A DNA stretch of 64,000 bases from an uncultured Chlorobium sp. (GCA_964451845.1 CAYVJF010000001.1:14616-78615), one strand, 5' to 3'. Shown: positions 32,425 through 42,795, counted from the stretch's first letter. Notes: generated from the letters alone by a model not told the origin. A program made the numbers and translations.

Positions 32425-32569
32425 AGGGCGCCCCTGTAAATTGTCATGAGCGCCCTGAAGACGAGGCGGACGGAGCGGAGAAACCGGAGTGTACAACGGA
32501 GTACATGAGGATTTCGAGCACCGACCAACGAAGTATTCAGGGTGCGGAATAAATTTAGAGAGGTGCCCT
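32425..32569. mobile_element. 145-bp MITE-like element with 18-bp imperfect terminal inverted repeats
   Basis: Left end AGGGCGCCCCTGTAAATT vs reverse complement of right end AGGGCACCTCTCTAAATT (15/18 identical). Inner segment bounded by CCCTGAAGAC...GTATTCAGGG. Related copies at 43884, 49577 and 6860. Confidence 0.75.
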
Positions 32570-32596
32570 AAAAATGAAGCGGGGCTGTTCGGCCAC

Positions 32597-34651
32597 ATGA
32601 AAAAAAACGGCGAGAGTATTTACAGCATCATCAGCAGCTACGAGCCAAAGGGAGACCAGCCTGAAGCGATTCAGGCTTTAGCAGAAGGCGTGCGGCGCGG
32701 AGATGATTGCCAGGTGCTGCTCGGGGTAACCGGGTCGGGCAAGACCTTCACGATGGCGAATGTTATCGCTTCGGTGAACAAACCGGTCTTGCTGATCAGC
32801 CATAACAAGACGCTCGCTGCGCAACTGTACGGTGAACTGAAGCAGTTTTTTCCTCATAACGCGGTAGAGTATTTTATCAGCTATTATGATTTCTACCAGC
32901 CCGAGGCCTACATCCCGTCGATGGATAAATATATCGCCAAGGATCTGAAGATTAATGACGAGATCGAACGGCTCAGGCTCAAGGCAACCAGCGCGCTATT
33001 GAGTGGCCGGAGAGATGTTATCGTTGTCAGTTCAGTGAGCTGTATCTATGGTCTGGGCTCTCCTGAAGACTGGATGGCGCAGATCATCGAGCTGAGAAGA
33101 AACATGGAAAAAGACAGGGACGAGTTTTTGCAGGAGCTTGTTTCCCTGCACTTTTTTCGTGATGACCGTGAGCTGGCTCCCGGCAGGTTTCGGGTGCGCG
33201 GAGATGTTATCGATCTGGTTCCCATGCACGAAGAAGCTGCATTGCGGGTTGCGTTTTTCGGCGATGAGATCGAGAGTCTGCAACGTTTCGATTACCGGAG
33301 CGGTGAGCTTTTCGATGACGAGGAGTATGCCTTTATTTACCCGGCGCGGCAGTTTGTTGCGGATTCTGAAAAGCTCCAGAAAGCCATGCTCTCGATCGAG
33401 AACGAACTTGCCGGGCGGTTGAACGAGCTTCGCGCCGCAGAGAAGTTTCTCGAAGCCGGGCGGCTTGAAGAGAGAACCCGCTACGATCTCGAGATGATCA
33501 GGGAGCTTGGCTACTGTTCCGGGATCGAAAATTATTCGCGCCATCTGTCGGGCAGAAAAAAAGGCGAAAGGCCGTACTGCCTGCTGGATTATTTTCCTGA
33601 CGATTATCTGGTCATTGTGGACGAGTCCCATGTAACCTTTCCGCAGATTCGGGGGATGTACGCCGGCGACCGTTCCAGGAAAACCATTCTTGTCGAGTAC
33701 GGTTTCCGCCTTCCTTCCGCGCTCGATAACCGGCCGTTGCAGTTCGATGAATTCGAAGCGATGGTGCCGCAGTTGATCGGCGTCAGCGCCACTCCCGGCG
33801 AGTATGAGCTCACACGCAGCGGCGGCGCGGTTGTCGAGCAGTTGGTCAGGCCAACCGGTCTGCTCGATCCGGAAATCGTTGTTCGTTCCGTCGCTGGCCA
33901 GATCGACGATCTTCTCGAAGAGATTCGGCTTCATACCGCGAAAGGATTCAAAAGCCTGGTGATGACGCTGACCAAACGGATGAGCGAGGATCTCCATGAT
34001 TATTTCAGAAAGGCCGGGTTGAGAAGCCGCTATCTGCATTCGGAAATCAAAAGTCTTGAAAGAATGCAGATTCTCAGGGAGTTGCGAACCGGCGATATCG
34101 ATGTTCTGGTCGGCGTCAATCTTTTGCGCGAAGGGCTGGATCTTCCCGAGGTTTCGCTTGTCGCTATTCTCGATGCCGATAAAGAAGGATTTCTCCGGGA
34201 TAGTAAATCACTTATGCAGATTGCCGGACGCGCCGCGAGGAATGTCGAGGGACGTGTTGTTTTCTATGCCGACCGGATGACCGGTTCCATGCGGGCGGTT
34301 ATCGAGGAGACGGAGAGACGAAGAAACGTTCAGCAGAAATTCAATGAAGAGCACGGCATCGTTCCCGCTTCTATTGTCAAGTCGGTCGAAGAGGTGCTGG
34401 ATACAACCGGAGTCGCCGATGCCGAGGAGCGTTTCAGAAGACGGCGTCTGGGGCTGGAGCAGCGTCCTCCGAGAGTGCTCGAGGATCTCATCGGTTCCCT
34501 TGAAAAAGAAGAACTTGCAGCAATGGCCGGGAATCTTGTGATGGAAATGCAGGAAGCTGCAGAAAGCATGGAATACGAAAAAGCCGCCTACCTTCGTGAC
34601 GAGATACAGAAAATCGAACGTGCGGCATCCGGAAAAGAGCCGGAGAAGTAA
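32597..34651 (+). CDS. uvrB: Excinuclease ABC subunit B
   Basis: [43 protein letters not shown]; start ATG 32597 preferred. Confidence 0.97.
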   Translation: MKKNGESIYSIISSYEPKGDQPEAIQALAEGVRRGDDCQVLLGVTGSGKTFTMANVIASVNKPVLLISHNKTLAAQLYGELKQFFPHNAVEYFISYYDFYQPEAYIPSMDKYIAKDLKINDEIERLRLKATSALLSGRRDVIVVSSVSCIYGLGSPEDWMAQIIELRRNMEKDRDEFLQELVSLHFFRDDRELAPGRFRVRGDVIDLVPMHEEAALRVAFFGDEIESLQRFDYRSGELFDDEEYAFIYPARQFVADSEKLQKAMLSIENELAGRLNELRAAEKFLEAGRLEERTRYDLEMIRELGYCSGIENYSRHLSGRKKGERPYCLLDYFPDDYLVIVDESHVTFPQIRGMYAGDRSRKTILVEYGFRLPSALDNRPLQFDEFEAMVPQLIGVSATPGEYELTRSGGAVVEQLVRPTGLLDPEIVVRSVAGQIDDLLEEIRLHTAKGFKSLVMTLTKRMSEDLHDYFRKAGLRSRYLHSEIKSLERMQILRELRTGDIDVLVGVNLLREGLDLPEVSLVAILDADKEGFLRDSKSLMQIAGRAARNVEGRVVFYADRMTGSMRAVIEETERRRNVQQKFNEEHGIVPASIVKSVEEVLDTTGVADAEERFRRRRLGLEQRPPRVLEDLIGSLEKEELAAMAGNLVMEMQEAAESMEYEKAAYLRDEIQKIERAASGKEPEK

Positions 34652-34817
34652 GCCGGTGAGGTTTGACGGTGAACATCAAAAACAATACAATACATTCCGG
34701 GTTCTTTTTTCGGTGACGAGTTCACCGGTAGCCGGGAGCCGGAGCAAACCGAACAGCACATGACCAGCAGGCGCACGAGCCGAAGTAACAATACAAAACC
34801 ATGATGATTGCCCTTTT

Positions 34818-37013
34818 ATGTTAGCCCAGATCGACAAACAGCAGTATGAAAAAATGCACGAGATTTTGCGGCTTGCCCGCGAGAATCTCAAGGACTTTGA
34901 TGAATCGCTGATTCAGCGGGCTTTTTTTATGTGCTATCGGGCTCACGAAGGGGAAAAACGTGCGTCGGGAGAGCCGTACCTCTATCATCCTGTCGAGGTC
35001 GCCAGGATAATGCTGACCGAACTGCCTCTTGATGGTGTCTCCGTTGCGGCGGCGCTCTTGCACGATGTTATTGAAGATAGTGAATACACCTATGAAGACC
35101 TTGTCGCTGAACTGGGCCGTGAAGTTGCCGATATCGTCGAGGGGCTGACGAAGATATCGGGGATTATGGTGAACCGTGAGGTGACACAGGCCGAAGGGTT
35201 CCGCAAGATGCTGCTTTCTGTTGTGAAAGATGTCCGGGTTATTCTGATCAAGTTCTGTGATCGGTTGCATAACATGAGAACCCTGGAAGCCCTTCCGGAT
35301 CATCGCCGTTTGAAAATTGCTCTCGAGACCAGGGATATTTATGCTCCGCTCGCTCACAGGTTCGGGCTTGGAAAGATGAAAATAGAGCTGGAGAACCTTG
35401 CGTTCAAGTATATCGATCCGGTGATGTTCGATATGATTCAGCGGAAAGTGCGCCTCAGCAGGGCCGAGCGCATCGCATATCTCGACAAAATGATTGTGCC
35501 GATCAAGAAGGACCTTGAAAAACAGGGCTTCAAGACGGAGGTCGAAGGCAGGGCCAAGCATCTGTTTTCGATCTACAACAAGATGCGGTATAAAAACAAA
35601 AAGTTTGAAGATATCCACGATCTCTACGGCATCAGGATTATTCTCGATACCGACCGGATTTCCGACTGCTTCGGGGCGTACGGTTATATCACACAGAAGT
35701 ATCCCCCGCTTCCGCAGCATTTCAAGGATTATATCTCCATTCCGAAACATAACGGCTATCAGTCGCTCCACTCCGCTATTCTCGGCCCGAAAGGCAGGGT
35801 CGTCGAAGTGCAGATACGAACAAAGCGGATGCATGAGTTTGCGGAGTTCGGTATCGCTGCTCACTGGCGATACAAGGAAAAAGTATCCCGAGATGATGCG
35901 ACCATCGATGCTTTTCTGAAATGGGCGCGGGAGCTGATCAAGGATACCGATTCAGCAGCATCGTTTATGGAAGGTTTCAAGCTGAATCTCTATCATGACG
36001 AAGTTTATATTTTTACGCCCAAAGGGGATATGAAAACCCTGCCGGCCGGAGCAACCCCTCTTGATTTTGCCTATGCCATTCATACCGAGGTGGGCCATCG
36101 TTGTATCGGCGCGAAAGTAAACGGAAAGATTGTGCGTCTCAACTCGGAATTGAGATCCGGAGACCGCGTCGAGATCATTACATCGAAAAACCAGCAGCCG
36201 AAACCCGACTGGCTCAAGTTTGTTGTCACCCACCGGGCGCGGATGAAAATACGCTCCGCAATCAATGACGAGCGCCGCCGCCAGATTGAAAAAGGGCGCA
36301 ACATGTGGGAAAAAACGCTGGCCGGTACAAAAAAGCTTTTTACGGACAATGAGATTGTCAAGCAGGCCAGAAAGTATGGCATCAAAACGCCGTCCGACTT
36401 TTTCAGCGCTTTAGCGAACCAGCAGATTGACGGCAAAAAAGTCATGCAGAGCCTCGAAGCCAAGGAATCCCGGGCTGTGTTGGCTGAACAGGCCGAGGTG
36501 GAAGCGCCGGCATACGATTCTTTCGCAGAAGAGGCGCGCCAGGGAAAAGAGGGGGAACTTGCCGGTAAGGATGAAGTCGTTATCGAGGGCATGCCCAATA
36601 TTGCCTACTCCTACGCAAAATGCTGCAAGCCGGTTCCCGGTGACGATATTATCGGATTCGTGACAAGAGAGGGGGTGGCGAAGATTCATCGTAAAAACTG
36701 TGTCAATGTCAGCAACGAGAATCTGCTGAAAAGTGAGCGCGTGCTGAGTGTGGCCTGGAACAGAAAGGTCGAGGCGGAGTTTCTTGCGGGTCTGAAAATT
36801 ATGGGGGAAGACAGGATCGGCATCACGAATCAGATCACCGGCGTGCTCTCGAAATCGGATACTAATATCCGCAGCATTTCCCTGCACGCCAGGGACGGGA
36901 TGTTTCTGGGGACGGTCATGATCTACGTCCGGAATATTTCCCGTCTCAACGCACTGATCGATAAGGTGAAAAAAGTGCAGGGAGTCTTTTCCGTCGAGCG
37001 CCTCAGCAACTGA
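34818..37013 (+). CDS. relA: Bifunctional (p)ppGpp synthetase/hydrolase (HD-SYNTH-TGS-ACT)
   Basis: SGEPY..HP, LHDVIED, DRLHNMRTL, YQSLH, EVQIRT, TGS domain (TPLDFAYAIHTEVG), ACT domain. Confidence 0.93.
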   Translation: MLAQIDKQQYEKMHEILRLARENLKDFDESLIQRAFFMCYRAHEGEKRASGEPYLYHPVEVARIMLTELPLDGVSVAAALLHDVIEDSEYTYEDLVAELGREVADIVEGLTKISGIMVNREVTQAEGFRKMLLSVVKDVRVILIKFCDRLHNMRTLEALPDHRRLKIALETRDIYAPLAHRFGLGKMKIELENLAFKYIDPVMFDMIQRKVRLSRAERIAYLDKMIVPIKKDLEKQGFKTEVEGRAKHLFSIYNKMRYKNKKFEDIHDLYGIRIILDTDRISDCFGAYGYITQKYPPLPQHFKDYISIPKHNGYQSLHSAILGPKGRVVEVQIRTKRMHEFAEFGIAAHWRYKEKVSRDDATIDAFLKWARELIKDTDSAASFMEGFKLNLYHDEVYIFTPKGDMKTLPAGATPLDFAYAIHTEVGHRCIGAKVNGKIVRLNSELRSGDRVEIITSKNQQPKPDWLKFVVTHRARMKIRSAINDERRRQIEKGRNMWEKTLAGTKKLFTDNEIVKQARKYGIKTPSDFFSALANQQIDGKKVMQSLEAKESRAVLAEQAEVEAPAYDSFAEEARQGKEGELAGKDEVVIEGMPNIAYSYAKCCKPVPGDDIIGFVTREGVAKIHRKNCVNVSNENLLKSERVLSVAWNRKVEAEFLAGLKIMGEDRIGITNQITGVLSKSDTNIRSISLHARDGMFLGTVMIYVRNISRLNALIDKVKKVQGVFSVERLSN

Positions 37014-37257
37014 ATCACACGAAAATCTGCTTTTCCTGTCTCAATACCGTTTCGCTCTCGATCACCGTTCGATTGAAGAGAAACGAGGATGAGATACTGT
37101 GCCGGAACGCGAACCGGTCCCGAAACAGTTCTGTACCGCGAAAAACTCCATTCAGGTTTTTTGCCGGTTTTCGAAGATGTAACGATGACATACCATACTT
37201 TTAGCCTACATTATTCCCCGCGAACAACACCTTGCTGATTTCTAACCCCGTACCGCA

Positions 37258-39228
37258 ATGAACGACAACATACAGCCCCCGCTTTCGAGTATCGAGAAAA
37301 GTCTTCAGGAAATCGATCTCGATGAACTCTCTCATGGAAAAACCTATCATGCCTCGCCAGCGTCATGGGATGATGAAGTGCTCTATTTTCTTTTTCTCGA
37401 TCGCTTCTCCGATGGAAAAGAATACGGCGGTTTTATCGGCACCGACGGTCATTCTCTTACCGAGCCTTCGTCAAAGCGATCGACGCCGTTGTTCTCGCTG
37501 GATAACGATGCCAACAACGCGCCTTTCGACGAACGGTTCGAAGCGGGCAAAAACTGGTGCGGCGGCACCATAGCCGGCCTGCGCGATAAACTCGGCTACC
37601 TGCAGCGCCTCGGTATCACGGCCATCTGGATCAGTCCGGTTTTTCGCCAGGCTGCTCAAAGCGCCGACTACCACGGCTATGGCATCCAGAACTTCCTCGA
37701 TGTCGATCCCAATTTCGGCACCCGTGAGGAATTGCGCGATTTTGTCCAAGCCGCTCATGAGCACGGCATCCGTGTGATTCTCGACATCATTGTCAACCAT
37801 GCCGGGGACGTTTTTGCCTATCAGGGCAATAACCGTTATTACTACTATAACGGCGAAGTCTGGCCGGTGCAGGGATTTCGCAAGAATAGCGAGGATGCCG
37901 GAGCCATACCGTTTGGCGAGCAGAGTGGTGAAGAAGACGCGGGAATTTTTCCTGAAGAGTCGGTCTGGCCTGAAGAGCTGCAACACCACGATATCTGGAG
38001 CCGCCAGGGTGAAATCCGCAGTTGGGACGCCTACCCGGAATACGTCGAAGGTGATTTCTTTTCCCTGAAAGACCTCAATCTCGGTGACCTCAACGCTGAA
38101 GGCATCGAAGGATGGGATCTGCACAAACGAATCAGCTCGTTTTCGGCGCGCGAAGCGCTGATGCACATGATCAAGGTCTACCGGTTCTGGATCGCCTATG
38201 CCGATATCGACGGCTACCGTCTCGATACCGTCAAACATATGGAGCCGGGAGCCGTGCGCTTGTTTGCCAATGCTCTTCATGAATTTGCGCAGTCGATCGG
38301 CAAGGAAAATTTCCCGATCATAGGAGAAGTTACAGGAGGGCGCTCGCTTGCTTTCAAAACGCTTGAAGTTACCGGTCTCGACGCTGTGCTCGGAATCAAC
38401 GATATCCCTGATAAACTGGAATTTCTCGCCAAAGGCAGGCGAAGTCCCGGCCATCCCGGTACGCTGGAGCAGGAGGGGTACTTCGACATTTTCCGCAACA
38501 GTTTACAGGAAAGCAAACACACCCACCAGTGGTACGGCAAGCATGTAGTAACCATGTTCGACGACCATGACCAGGTGGGAGTCAAACACAAGTTTCGTTT
38601 TTGCGGACATGGCGGAGAAGAAAGTTATCGATTGCTCCGGGCGGCCATTGGTCTCAACCTCACCACAGCCGGCATTCCCTGCCTTTTCTACGGCACGGAA
38701 CAGGCTTTCAACGGCGCCGACCCCAGGAGCGGCGGCGATGATTCGTACAGTGATGTGTTCCTGCGCGAGTGTATGTTTGGCGGCCCGTTTGGCTCACTCG
38801 GAAGCCGCGGTCGTCACTTCTTTAACGAATCGCATGACATCTACCGGTTCATCAGCCGCCTCAATGCAGTGAGAAAAGAGCATCATGCTCTCAGGCGCGG
38901 GCGGCAGTACCTGAGGCAGGTATCATCAACCGGTAACGATGGAGATTTTCATTATCCCCAGCCGGTAGGAGGAGAGCTGCGGTGGATCGTGGCGTGGTCG
39001 CGCATCTTTGCCGATAAGGAATATCTCTGCGCGTGCAATACCGATCCTCGCAAGTCCTTGACGCTGCTGGTAACGGTCGACAGCGCGCTTCATCCGGCAG
39101 GATCGGCCATGAGCTGTTTGTTCAGTTCGGACGAAACGCAGGAGAACCAAACCGTCGATGTCGAACCACGCAACGGCTCCGCTCTCCGTATCACGGTTCC
39201 TCCGGGCGGCTTTGTTGTGTACCATTAA
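37258..39228 (+). CDS. GH13 alpha-amylase family glycosidase
   Basis: DRFSDG, GGTIAG, YHGY, DIIVNH; catalytic RLDTVKH / IGEV / DDHD; no signal peptide seen. Confidence 0.88.
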   Translation: MNDNIQPPLSSIEKSLQEIDLDELSHGKTYHASPASWDDEVLYFLFLDRFSDGKEYGGFIGTDGHSLTEPSSKRSTPLFSLDNDANNAPFDERFEAGKNWCGGTIAGLRDKLGYLQRLGITAIWISPVFRQAAQSADYHGYGIQNFLDVDPNFGTREELRDFVQAAHEHGIRVILDIIVNHAGDVFAYQGNNRYYYYNGEVWPVQGFRKNSEDAGAIPFGEQSGEEDAGIFPEESVWPEELQHHDIWSRQGEIRSWDAYPEYVEGDFFSLKDLNLGDLNAEGIEGWDLHKRISSFSAREALMHMIKVYRFWIAYADIDGYRLDTVKHMEPGAVRLFANALHEFAQSIGKENFPIIGEVTGGRSLAFKTLEVTGLDAVLGINDIPDKLEFLAKGRRSPGHPGTLEQEGYFDIFRNSLQESKHTHQWYGKHVVTMFDDHDQVGVKHKFRFCGHGGEESYRLLRAAIGLNLTTAGIPCLFYGTEQAFNGADPRSGGDDSYSDVFLRECMFGGPFGSLGSRGRHFFNESHDIYRFISRLNAVRKEHHALRRGRQYLRQVSSTGNDGDFHYPQPVGGELRWIVAWSRIFADKEYLCACNTDPRKSLTLLVTVDSALHPAGSAMSCLFSSDETQENQTVDVEPRNGSALRITVPPGGFVVYH

Positions 39229-39261
39229 AGCTGCGTCATGAGTTCCGTGTGTGTCGATAGA

Positions 39262-39399
39262 TGTGGATTGAAAAGTCGATCACAATCGTTCCGGATACAC
39301 GCCTTGCTGGATTTGCCGAGGAGTGCAAGCGACCAGCAAGAAAAGGATGCCTTGGAGTTTCTTGATCGTGCGGCCGATCGCGATGGTTGGGAGGCATGA
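39262..39399 (+). pseudogene. Decayed DUF3018/MazE-like antitoxin
   Basis: Frame pieces IVPDTRLAGFAEECKR and QQEKDALEFLDRAADRDGWEA*, joined by a frameshift/deletion; stop overlaps the toxin ATG (ATGA). Confidence 0.65.
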
Positions 39400-39560
39400 A
39401 AAAAGGGGAGATTGTAACTATAGCGCTGAAGGGTGATTATGGCAACCCTGGTTCGGCGCTTGTTATTCAATCGGTTTTTTTCTGCCCATTTTTCTATAAC
39501 CGTATTACCGGTTACCATTGAAATTACGGCAAGCACCTTTGTTTTGCATCACCAATACGT
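39396..39560 (+). pseudogene. Decayed PemK/MazF-like toxin
   Basis: MKKGEIVTIALKGDYGNPGSALVIQS, frameshift in a T7 tract, then SAHFSITVLPVTIEI in another frame; KPRP-type catalytic motif eroded to NPGS. Confidence 0.7.
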
Positions 39561-39660
39561 TGTATGCTTTTTGTGACGACGAGGAAATCCTTATTTTTTC
39601 GGGGTACTGCCATACCTTTTAAACGATCAAAGCCAAAGCCCGCAAACAAGGAGAACAGTT

Positions 39661-40248
39661 ATGAAATCCGGTTTTTTAAAGGTTCTTGCAGTCGTGATGT
39701 TCGCTTCACTCTTCAGTGGTTGTGGATACAACACGATGCAGAGAAACGAGGAGGGAGTCAACAAGGCCTGGGGGGACCTCGAGTCACAGCTTCAGCGAAG
39801 GGCCGATCTTGTGCCGAACCTTGTTTCAACCGTGAAAGGAGCGGCCAATTTTGAGCAGGAAACCCTCACGCAAGTCATCGAAGCGCGTTCGAAAGCTTCT
39901 TCGATCCAACTGACCCCCGCAATGCTGAGTGATCCGGCTGCCATGGCAAAATTTCAGAGTGCACAGGGTGAGCTTTCGTCCATGCTTTCACGGCTGATGG
40001 TGGTTGTCGAGCGGTATCCTGAGCTGAAGGCGAACCAGAACTTCAGGGACTTGCAGAACCAGTTGGAGGGAACCGAAAACCGGATCAGTGTCGCCCGTCA
40101 GCGCTATAACGCTTCGGTTGAAACTTTCAACACCTCTATCCGTATATTTCCTAACTCGCTGACCAACGGCATTGTTCTTCATCTCGATCCGAAAGAATAT
40201 TTCAAGGCCGATGCAGCTGCGCAACAGGTTCCACAGGTAGAGTTTTAA
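39661..40248 (+). CDS. lemA: LemA family lipoprotein
   Basis: LFSGC lipobox, [35 protein letters not shown]. Confidence 0.92.
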   Translation: MKSGFLKVLAVVMFASLFSGCGYNTMQRNEEGVNKAWGDLESQLQRRADLVPNLVSTVKGAANFEQETLTQVIEARSKASSIQLTPAMLSDPAAMAKFQSAQGELSSMLSRLMVVVERYPELKANQNFRDLQNQLEGTENRISVARQRYNASVETFNTSIRIFPNSLTNGIVLHLDPKEYFKADAAAQQVPQVEF

Positions 40249-41049
40249 ATGAAGCAACACTTTCCTGCATATCCCTTCGCGCTCATTCTGTGCGGAGCTT
40301 TGTTCGTTATCATACCGCTCTTGTTTTTTGTGACGAAGAGCCTTGCCGTTGAAGTGCCGGTGTTGAAAGGAAGGGTCAACGACTACGCCTCGATGATCTC
40401 CGCCGGGGCGGAAAGGGAAATCGATCAAAAACTTGTAAGCCTTGAAGAGAATGGATCGACGCAGGTGGTTGTGCTGACCATCGATTCTCTCGGCGGTGAG
40501 CCGCTCGAGGAATTTTCCATCCGCGTTGCAGAAGCCTGGAAGATCGGCCAGAAAGGATTCGACAACGGAGTGCTCTTGCTCGTTGCAAAAAAAGAACGAA
40601 AAGCACGCATAGAGGTCGGGTATGGGCTGGAAGGGGCGCTGACCGATTTAACCGCCGGCAGGATCGTCGATAACGTCATTGTGCCGCTGTTTGTCAAAGG
40701 GCGTTTCGATGAAGGCTTTGTTCGCGGTGTCGATATGATCATTGCCGCTGTACAGGGCGAATATTCAGCGTTGCCAAAGGAACAAGCTTCTGAAAATAGC
40801 GGAGGTTCTCCGTTTCCGGTTCTGATTATCCTTATCCTGATCGTGTATTTTTATAGTCAGATTCCGCGAGGCGGCGGGAAACATGGCTCGGGGCCATTGA
40901 TCTTTACAGCGGGTACGGCGGCAGGTTTATTGTTCGGCGGAAGCCGGCGCGGCGGTGGTTTCGGTGGCGGTGGAGGCGGTTTCAGCGGAGGAGGATTCAG
41001 CGGCGGCGGCGGTGGTTTTGGCGGCGGCGGGGCTTCAGGAAGCTGGTAG
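40249..41049 (+). CDS. TPM domain protein with TM helix and Gly-rich tail (YgcG-like)
   Basis: RVNDYA, IGQKGFDNGVLLL, RIEVGYGLEG, GGGGFGGGGASGSW. Confidence 0.9.
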   Translation: MKQHFPAYPFALILCGALFVIIPLLFFVTKSLAVEVPVLKGRVNDYASMISAGAEREIDQKLVSLEENGSTQVVVLTIDSLGGEPLEEFSIRVAEAWKIGQKGFDNGVLLLVAKKERKARIEVGYGLEGALTDLTAGRIVDNVIVPLFVKGRFDEGFVRGVDMIIAAVQGEYSALPKEQASENSGGSPFPVLIILILIVYFYSQIPRGGGKHGSGPLIFTAGTAAGLLFGGSRRGGGFGGGGGGFSGGGFSGGGGGFGGGGASGSW

Positions 41050-41083
41050 GCCGCAAGCCGAGAGAGTCAAAGCAGAGGTGTTT

Positions 41084-41722
41084 ATGAAAGATATTGTAGG
41101 AAAATTTCTTTCCGAAGAGGATAAGGCCGCGATAGAGGAGGCGGTTCGAGAGGCGGAAAAAAGAACCTCGGGAGAGATCGTTCTTATGGTGGTTTCATCC
41201 AGCTATCATTATCCTCTTGCCAATATACTTGGCGGTCTCCTGTTCGGTGTTGTGGCGGCAGTCTTGGTCGCTCTACTCACCGGACTTTCTTCCATGTGGC
41301 ACTTTCTTGGATTTTTCGTGCCCTCGTTTGCGCTCTGCAGTGAGGTGATCAAACGAAGTTACCTTCTCAGGCGATTGTTTGTCACCCGTTCCGATATGGA
41401 TGAGGAAGTCGAGGAGGCGGCAATCGCTTCTTTTTATAAAAAAGAGATATACGATACCAGGGAGCATACGGGTATCTTGATTTACCTGTCACTTTTTGAA
41501 CATCGTGTACGGGTTCTTGCCGACAAAGGGATCGATAAAAAGGTGGAGAGAAAGGTATGGCAGGAGATAACTGCAATGATAACGGACGGAATAAGAGAGA
41601 AAAGGCAGGCTGCCGCGATCTGCCAGGCCGTTCTTCGTTGTGGCGATATCCTTGAAAAAAATTTCCCTGCCGAAGAAGAGAATCCCAACGAACTTGGTGA
41701 TTCTGTGATTATCGGCCATTGA
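41084..41722 (+). CDS. TPM domain membrane protein (LemA operon partner)
   Basis: AEKRTSGEIV, TREHTGILIYLSLFEHRV.VLADKGI; start ATG 41084. Confidence 0.85.
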   Translation: MKDIVGKFLSEEDKAAIEEAVREAEKRTSGEIVLMVVSSSYHYPLANILGGLLFGVVAAVLVALLTGLSSMWHFLGFFVPSFALCSEVIKRSYLLRRLFVTRSDMDEEVEEAAIASFYKKEIYDTREHTGILIYLSLFEHRVRVLADKGIDKKVERKVWQEITAMITDGIREKRQAAAICQAVLRCGDILEKNFPAEEENPNELGDSVIIGH

Positions 41723-41738
41723 AATGGGGATGTGGTGA

Positions 41739-42248
41739 ATGATTCTTTTCGTGGAAAGCCCGGGGTCGAAAGGGCGCAGGATCGGCACGGTTCTTGCCCT
41801 CCTGATGCTTCTTCTGTCACTGCTTTTCCTGATGAACGATTATCGCCTTTCCGAGCCTGCTCCTGAAGCAATGCCCCGGGAAAAAAGCTGGGCGCGCTCG
41901 GGATTCATGCCTGACGTCATGGTGTCCGGTATCGAGGTCGAGCCTCTTCTTCCTGTGAAGGGCGAGCCTTTCGCCCTGAATGTTTTCTGCCAGAACATCG
42001 GCATGGTGAGCGCAGGTTTCTACCGCATCGATGTTGCCGTTACCGACGAAGGCGGCAACGAGGTTTTTGCCGGCTCCGCCTATCGTAAGAAAATGCTCGA
42101 CCCCGGAGAGACTGACGCGGCATTTTCCGCATCGATAACACTGAATACTACGGGCAAGTATACAATATCGGTGGCGCTGAACCCGGAGGATTTCGAGGAT
42201 AACAATCTCGAAAACAACCGAAGCGCAAAGCTGATCGACACGCGGTAA
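41739..42248 (+). CDS. Membrane-anchored Ig-like (CARDB-like) protein
   Basis: N-terminal TM helix; PDVMV, V.CQNIG, G.YTISV.LNP, E.N..NN. Confidence 0.6.
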   Translation: MILFVESPGSKGRRIGTVLALLMLLLSLLFLMNDYRLSEPAPEAMPREKSWARSGFMPDVMVSGIEVEPLLPVKGEPFALNVFCQNIGMVSAGFYRIDVAVTDEGGNEVFAGSAYRKKMLDPGETDAAFSASITLNTTGKYTISVALNPEDFEDNNLENNRSAKLIDTR

Positions 42249-42296
42249 AAACCGGTGTTCATCTCTTTCCGGCGGGAATCGCCCTGCAGCAGCTTT

Positions 42297-42549
42297 TCAT
42301 TTGAGTATTTTCCGGTCATGGAAAAAGTGGAGATAGCCGGCCGCCAACCCTATTCCCAGAAAAATAGCATTGTGCCCGAAAAGAAGCGGGCAGGCAAAAA
42401 GAATAGCCAGCATGAGACTATAGAGGAGGATTGAAGAGGCTTTTCGGGTGAAGCTGCTGGTTTTATCAAGCAATCGCTCGCCGCAGGCCAGAAAATTGAT
42501 GAAAGCGATAAAAAAAAGCTAACGAGTAATAGATGTAAGGGTCTCTCAT
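42297..42549 (-). pseudogene. Small membrane protein (~83 aa) frameshifted at an A8/T8 tract
   Basis: Removing one T gives MRDPYIYYSLAFFIAFINFLACGERLLDKTSSFTRKASSILLYSLMLAILFACPLLFGHNAIFLGIGLAAGYLHFFHDRKILK*. Confidence 0.6.
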
Positions 42550-42795
42550 CGATTGCCCCACGGTTACATTCGGTCTCGACCACTGAACTGCCTCGGAAAG
42601 AACAACGGAAGCATTCGGTACTGAATTCCCCGTTTGCTTTGCCGCCTTACTTTTCCTTCGTCATTATTCCGGTTCCTCGGAGGCAGACTTTCCTGTAACA
42701 GATTCCTCGGGTATATTCTCCGGAATTCTATATTGTTATAAGTTATTGCGAAACGTGGCAGCGGTTCGAGCACAAAGAAGCAAGTTCGACGATTC

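Noticed and set aside
32489-32596. 36-aa N-terminal extension of UvrB in the ORF track
   Set aside because: Encoded largely by the MITE-like element; UvrB homology starts after ATG 32597.
40940-41045. GGC-rich low-complexity repeat
   Set aside because: Encodes the normal Gly-rich tail of TPM-domain proteins.
42560-42795. Glycine riboswitch upstream of gcvT
   Set aside because: No GGAGA...CCGAAG...CTCTCAGG aptamer core found.
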